A stretch of DNA of 19,632 nucleotides from Okeania sp. GTDB taxonomy: Bacteria; Cyanobacteriota; Cyanobacteriia; Cyanobacteriales; Microcoleaceae. The notes under the pieces are model-generated. The model ran no database searches. It was not told where the DNA came from and saw only the letters and a program-made list of their open reading frames with translations. A program made the position numbers and the translations under genes. The stretch spans positions 1 through 19,632 of the forward strand of contig NZ_JAYKGW010000054.1 of assembly GCF_035285525.1 (NCBI RefSeq). The letters are read 5' to 3'. Shown here piece after piece: positions 15,197 to 19,632 of the stretch (position 1 is the stretch's first letter; every line of letters begins with the position of its first letter).

Positions 15197-15299
15197 AGGA
15201 CTTACGCAAAGAAACCCGGTACGAGCGTAGAAACCGGGTTTCTGGGTTCAGTTTAAACCAGGAGATTTTGTTGATAAATCCAGTTTCTGCGTAAGTCCT
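15197..15299. mobile_element. MITE-like element, copy B (intact terminal inverted repeats)
   Basis: AGGACTTACGCA...TGCGTAAGTCCT termini. Internal hairpin AGAAACCCGGT / ACCGGGTTTCT. Homologous to 3322-3422. Lies between convergent apcC and the methyltransferase gene. Confidence 0.8.
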
Positions 15300-15306
15300 G
15301 TTTGAG

Positions 15307-16155
15307 TTATTGACTAACTGATTTGCGACCTAATACTAAAAAAGTAGTACCATTATTCCAAATTCCTTCTGGTGTAGTGAACTTTTCTAATTCTAGTTCA
15401 AATTCAGCTTTCATTTGTTCTATTTTTTCTGTAGAAAGTTTTGTAAATGGATGAGGATTATTATTTACTGGAGAAGGATAATAAACTAAATTCCACTTTT
15501 TTTTCGCCTCTTCTAAACTGCGATAACTACCATGAGTTTCTGTTTTAACAAAAATTACTTCTAAGTTTGCCTGTCTCAATAAATTATCGTATTTTTCAAT
15601 GGTATTGACTGTATTTGATAATTGGAAAAAATCAATATTTATGCCATGATTTTCCAAAATTTTTTTCAAAACAATTATATTTGTAAAACCTGTTTCAGCT
15701 ATACTATGAAGACCGATGAAACCTCCAGGTTTGAGAAATTTTGACCACAAACGTAAAGTAGCTTCTTTATTTATCATTAGGGGAAAAGCATTAGCACACA
15801 AGATCAGATCGAAACTGTTATCTGGAAAGTTTATATTTTCTCCATCTGCTAACTGAAATTCAATATTTTTGAGTTTTAATGCTGTAGCTTTTTCTCTAGC
15901 TTTTTCAATCATTTTAGTAGAAATATCTACCCCCACAACTAAACCAGAATTACCTAATAATTGAGCAACTTCAATAGCGACATGACCTGTTCCAGTGGCA
16001 ATATCTAAAACTTGATTTCCTGGTTTAATTTCTACAGATTCAACTAAACGATGGGTAATTTGCGGAAGCCATTGATTTTGGTCGTAATTTTGGCTGCGAT
16101 CGTTGTCATAAACTTCAGCTAATTTTTGTTTGTATGGATCTAGTTTTAGTTTCAT
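15307..16155 (-). CDS. Class I SAM-dependent methyltransferase
   Basis: Motif I VLDIATGTGHVAIEVA, acidic post-I VVGVDIS, motif II-like FDLILCANAF. The substrate cannot be inferred. Confidence 0.8.
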   Translation of the reverse strand: MKLKLDPYKQKLAEVYDNDRSQNYDQNQWLPQITHRLVESVEIKPGNQVLDIATGTGHVAIEVAQLLGNSGLVVGVDISTKMIEKAREKATALKLKNIEFQLADGENINFPDNSFDLILCANAFPLMINKEATLRLWSKFLKPGGFIGLHSIAETGFTNIIVLKKILENHGINIDFFQLSNTVNTIEKYDNLLRQANLEVIFVKTETHGSYRSLEEAKKKWNLVYYPSPVNNNPHPFTKLSTEKIEQMKAEFELELEKFTTPEGIWNNGTTFLVLGRKSVSQ

Positions 16156-16161
16156 ATTTAA

Positions 16162-16203
16162 GGAAGAAGGAGGAAGGAAGAAGGAGGAAGGAAGAAGGAG
16201 GAA
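16162..16203. repeat. All-purine 14-nt tandem repeat (GGAAGAAGGAGGAA)x3
   Basis: Three perfect copies starting 7 nt from the methyltransferase ATG. On that gene's coding strand this forms a pure CU-rich leader. Confidence 0.9.
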
Positions 16204-16264
16204 GATAAGAACATGAGTCTATAGACTTATATCTTCATTAATAGATAATGAATAGTAAATATTT

Positions 16265-16356
16265 GTAACACAAGCATCCTGCTTGTAACAGCCGAGAAGG
16301 CTGTGTTACTGTAACACAAGCATCCTGCTTGTAACAGCCTGGAAGGCTGTGTTACA
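16265..16356. repeat. Two tandem 46-bp structured units
   Basis: GTAACACAAGCATCCTGCTTGTAACAGCC(GA/TG)GAAGGCTGTGTTAC at 16265-16310 and 16311-16356. Each unit has the hairpins ACAAGCA-tcc-TGCTTGT and ACAGCC-N5-GGCTGT, closed by GTAAC/GTTAC. The only two differences fall in a loop. Confidence 0.9.
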
Positions 16357-16533
16357 CTAGATAGAAATTAATCCTCAAAAGTGCCGTAATATGTAAGTTG
16401 CATTTTTTCAAACTCTATGTTAGAAGATAATTACCTTATCTCTAATAATTAAAACTTTTATTAGTTAAATTTCTAAAAAAAATTTAGAATATTTTTATTA
16501 TCTATAATTTGCACTATAAACGATTAAATCTCT

Positions 16534-19275
16534 ATGAAATATTCCGCGTCTACATCTACTAAAAAATCATTAAAAGCTAAACAAAATAAAGCTGAAAATT
16601 CACACTCTGCTAATGAAGATTACAGTCAAATTGAGATTAGCAAACTGTCAGAAATGATGCAGCGTTATGTAGAAGTTAAACATCAATATCCCCACGCTCT
16701 TTTGCTGTTTCGAGTAGGTGATTTTTTTGAATGTTTTTTTCAGGATGCTGTCACGATCGCTCAAGAATTAGAATTAGTGCAAACGAGTAAACACGCTGGT
16801 AAGGAAGTTGGTAGAGTGCCGATGACTGGAGTACCTCATCATGCGGTGGAAAGATATGCAGCGATGTTGGTTGAAAAAGGTTATCCAGTGGTAGTTTGCG
16901 ATCAAGTAGAAGATTCTGCTATTGCTGCTAAAGAAAACCGTCAAGTGAAGCGGGAAATTACTCGTATTCTCACACCGGGTACTTTGACTGACGACGGAAT
17001 GTTGAAACCTCGCTACAATAATTATTTGGCAGCAGTAGTGGTTGCCAAAAATTATTGGGGTCTTGCTTACACTGATATTTCTACGGGGGAGTTTCTGACT
17101 ACGCAAACCCAAGGTTTCGACTTACTTACTCAAGAGTTAATGCGTTTGCAACCGTCGGAAGTATTATTTCCTACTAACGCACCGGATATTGGTTGCATGT
17201 TACGACCTGGGGAAAAGTCAGAACATTTGCCAGAATTTTTGCCTAATTCTTTTTGTTATTCCCTGCGTCCGCAACAACCTTTTACTTTGGGGGAAGCAAA
17301 GGAAAGACTTTTACTAAAATTTCAACTGACATCTCTGGAAGGTATTGGTTGTGAACATATTCCTCTGGGGGTGCGAGCAGCGGGGGGGTTGTTGGAATAT
17401 TTGGAGGAAACTCAAAAGGAAAATCAAGTTCCTCTGCAACGTTTGCGTAGTTATACTTTGGCAGATTTTTTGATTCTCGATCACCAGACTCGCCGGAATT
17501 TGGAAATTACGCAAACGGTGAGAGATGGTAGTTATCATGGTTCGTTGTTATCGGCGATCGATAAGACTAGCACTGCGATGGGGGGTCGTGCTTTGCGACG
17601 GTGGTTGTTGCAACCACTTTTGAGTTTAAAGGGTATTCGTGCTAGACATGATACTATTGATGAATTAATCAGTAATAATGATTTGCGTCAAGATATCCAA
17701 AGAATATTGCGACAAATTTATGATTTGGAACGTTTGACGGGGCGGACTGGTGCTGGTACTGCTAATGCTAGAGATTTAGTTTTTTTAGCTGATTCTTTGA
17801 CGAAACTTCCGAAACTTTCTACTTTAGCATCTGAGGGTAATTCTCCTTATTTAAAAGTATTGCAAAGTCTACCTCCTATTTTACCAAAGTTGGGGGATAA
17901 AATTCATAGTTTTTTAGTTGAATCTCCTCCTCAACATTTAAAGGAAGGTGGGTTGATTCGTGCTGGTGTAAATGTTCAATTAGATGAAATGAAGGAGTTA
18001 GCTGAAGAGGACCAAAAATGGATTGCTAATTTGGAAGTTACGGAGAGAGAAAGAACGGGAATTGCTAATTTAAAGGTTGGTTATAATAAGGCTTTTGGTT
18101 ATTATATTAGTATTTCTAAATCGAAGGCAAATTTGGCTCCGGATGATTATACTCGGAAGCAAACTTTGACGAATGAGGAGCGTTATATTACTGAGGAATT
18201 AAAGGAAAGAGAGGTGAGAATTTTAACGGCGCGGGATGATTTGAATCAGTTGGAATATGATATTTTTGTTGCTTTGAGAAATGAGGTTGGAGAATACGCT
18301 GAGGAGATTAGAAATATTTCTAGAGCAGTAGCTGCTATTGATGTTTTGGCTGGTTTGGCAGAGGTGGCAATTTATCAAAATTATGTTCGTCCGGCGATGG
18401 TTGATAGTAGAGAATTGAAAATTATTGAGGGTAGGCATCCGGTGGTAGAGAAGTATTTACCTGCTGGTTTTTTTGTGCCGAATACTACTATTTTAGGAAG
18501 TGGAAATTTAGAGGAAAATGATGGGGGAATTAATGCTCATTCTGCACCGGATTTAATAATATTAACTGGTCCGAATGCTAGTGGAAAAAGTTGTTATTTA
18601 CGGCAGGTAGGATTGATTCAATTAATGGCACAAACTGGGAGTTTTGTTCCGGCGAGTTCTGCTGTTTTAGGGGTGAGTGATCGGATATTTACTCGTGTAG
18701 GAGCTGTGGATGATTTAGCAACTGGTCAATCTACTTTTATGGTGGAGATGAATGAGACGGCAAATATATTGAATCATGCTACGGAAAAGTCTTTAGTTTT
18801 GTTGGATGAAATTGGTAGAGGAACGGCAACTTTTGATGGAATTTCTATTGCTTGGTCTGTGGCGGAGTATTTGGCAACGGAAATAAAATCTCGGACAATT
18901 TTTGCTACTCATTATCACGAGTTAAATGAACTTTCTTCGATTTTGGATAATGTGGCAAATTATCAGGTAACGGTGAAGGAGTTGCCGGATAAGATTGTTT
19001 TTTTGCATCAAGTACAACCAGGGGGAGCGGATAAGTCTTATGGTATTGAAGCGGGGAGGTTAGCGGGTTTGCCGGATTCGGTTATTGCGCGAGCGAGACA
19101 GGTAATGGGGGAGATTGAGAAGCATAGTAAGATAGCTCTTGGTTTAAGGAAGGGTGTTGAGAAAAAGGAGGAGGAAGAGGTGGTAGAGGAGGTGAAAGAA
19201 GAGGTGAAAGAGGAGGTGATAACTTTGGAGCAGTTAGATATTTTTAGTGAGGAGTTTGGGGATAGTTTATTGTGA
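16534..19275 (+). CDS. mutS: DNA mismatch repair protein MutS
   Basis: N-terminal mismatch-binding domain ([32 protein letters not shown]), Walker [42 protein letters not shown], and FATHYHEL. The acidic [11 protein letters not shown] tail ends in a beta-clamp-type motif, QLDIF. Confidence 0.97.
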   Translation: MKYSASTSTKKSLKAKQNKAENSHSANEDYSQIEISKLSEMMQRYVEVKHQYPHALLLFRVGDFFECFFQDAVTIAQELELVQTSKHAGKEVGRVPMTGVPHHAVERYAAMLVEKGYPVVVCDQVEDSAIAAKENRQVKREITRILTPGTLTDDGMLKPRYNNYLAAVVVAKNYWGLAYTDISTGEFLTTQTQGFDLLTQELMRLQPSEVLFPTNAPDIGCMLRPGEKSEHLPEFLPNSFCYSLRPQQPFTLGEAKERLLLKFQLTSLEGIGCEHIPLGVRAAGGLLEYLEETQKENQVPLQRLRSYTLADFLILDHQTRRNLEITQTVRDGSYHGSLLSAIDKTSTAMGGRALRRWLLQPLLSLKGIRARHDTIDELISNNDLRQDIQRILRQIYDLERLTGRTGAGTANARDLVFLADSLTKLPKLSTLASEGNSPYLKVLQSLPPILPKLGDKIHSFLVESPPQHLKEGGLIRAGVNVQLDEMKELAEEDQKWIANLEVTERERTGIANLKVGYNKAFGYYISISKSKANLAPDDYTRKQTLTNEERYITEELKEREVRILTARDDLNQLEYDIFVALRNEVGEYAEEIRNISRAVAAIDVLAGLAEVAIYQNYVRPAMVDSRELKIIEGRHPVVEKYLPAGFFVPNTTILGSGNLEENDGGINAHSAPDLIILTGPNASGKSCYLRQVGLIQLMAQTGSFVPASSAVLGVSDRIFTRVGAVDDLATGQSTFMVEMNETANILNHATEKSLVLLDEIGRGTATFDGISIAWSVAEYLATEIKSRTIFATHYHELNELSSILDNVANYQVTVKELPDKIVFLHQVQPGGADKSYGIEAGRLAGLPDSVIARARQVMGEIEKHSKIALGLRKGVEKKEEEEVVEEVKEEVKEEVITLEQLDIFSEEFGDSLL

Positions 19276-19312
19276 GGGAATAGCTCGCAGGGGTTATGGC
19301 ACGGATATACGG

Positions 19313-19632
19313 ATTAACAGTTGAGAAAATTATGGGTAAGTTGAAGTTAATGAAGACCTCTCCCCCGACCCCTCTCCTGCAAGGAGAGGGGAGAATCTTT
19401 CCCCCCCTTCCCTCGCAGGGAAGGGGGTTGGGGGGTTAGGTTTTTTCACCTATTAACACTTGAGAAATTTCTGGGTAAGTTGGAGTTAATAAAGACCTCT
19501 CCCCCAACCCCTCTCCTGCAAGGAGAGGGGAGAATCTTTCCCCCCCTTCCCTCGCAGGGAAGGGGGTTGGGGGGTTAGGTTTTTTCACCTATTAACACTT
19601 GAGAAATTTCTGGGTAAGTTGGAGTTAATAAA
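19313..19632. repeat. Tandem array of 139-bp units (at least 2.3 copies, continuing past the window end)
   Basis: Units at 19313-19451, 19452-19590 and 19591-19632+. Each has an AT-rich half and a GC-rich half. In copy 2 the GC-rich half carries the hairpins CCCCTCTCC-tgcaa-GGAGAGGGG (19508-19530) and CCCCCTTCCCT-cgc-AGGGAAGGGGG (19542-19566), enclosed by ACCTCTCCCCCAACCCC / GGGGTTGGGGGGTTAGGT and followed by T6. Copies 2 and 3 are identical over the 42 nt that can be compared. Copy 1 differs at about 6 positions, all in the AT-rich half. Confidence 0.95.

Noticed and set aside
16774-18438. Three minus-strand ORFs inside mutS (16774..17112, 17314..17538, 18223..18438)
   Set aside because: They are antisense shadows made possible by the strongly G/T-skewed mutS coding strand.

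Overview
This looks like a chromosomal segment from an AT-rich filamentous, Nostocales-type cyanobacterium. Supporting signs: five perfect HIP1 octamers (GCGATCGC at 984, 1335, 3477, 6945, 14617), many STRR-like heptamer repeats, an apcABC operon, a petH with a CpcD-like N-terminal domain, and an xisH/xisI pair. I support 14 complete CDS and one partial CDS. In order: the 3' end of a decapeptide-repeat protein, mraY, a GT2 glycosyltransferase, a 2TM-domain protein (-), a secreted DUF928 protein, a CHASE2-sensor class III nucleotide cyclase, xisH, xisI, petH (-), prk, apcA, apcB, apcC, a SAM methyltransferase (-) and mutS. I found no rRNA, tRNA or CRISPR array. The intergenic DNA is unusually rich in structured repeats: two MITE-like families, several hairpin repeats, heptamer arrays, and two tandem arrays of structured units. 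The items most worth follow-up are: (1) the DUF928 + CHASE2 cyclase pair, whose cyclase carries Glu/Gly rather than Lys/Asp at the base-specifying positions, suggesting a guanylate cyclase, and has an unassigned C-terminal domain of about 140 aa; (2) an orphan, translationally coupled xisH/xisI cassette with a PD-(D/E)XK signature, sitting among core photosynthesis genes inside a repeat-dense pocket; (3) a 139-bp tandem array after mutS whose units look like small structured-RNA cassettes; (4) a 1.14-kb gene-free region between convergent genes. All assignments are by-eye motif recognition, with no database search.
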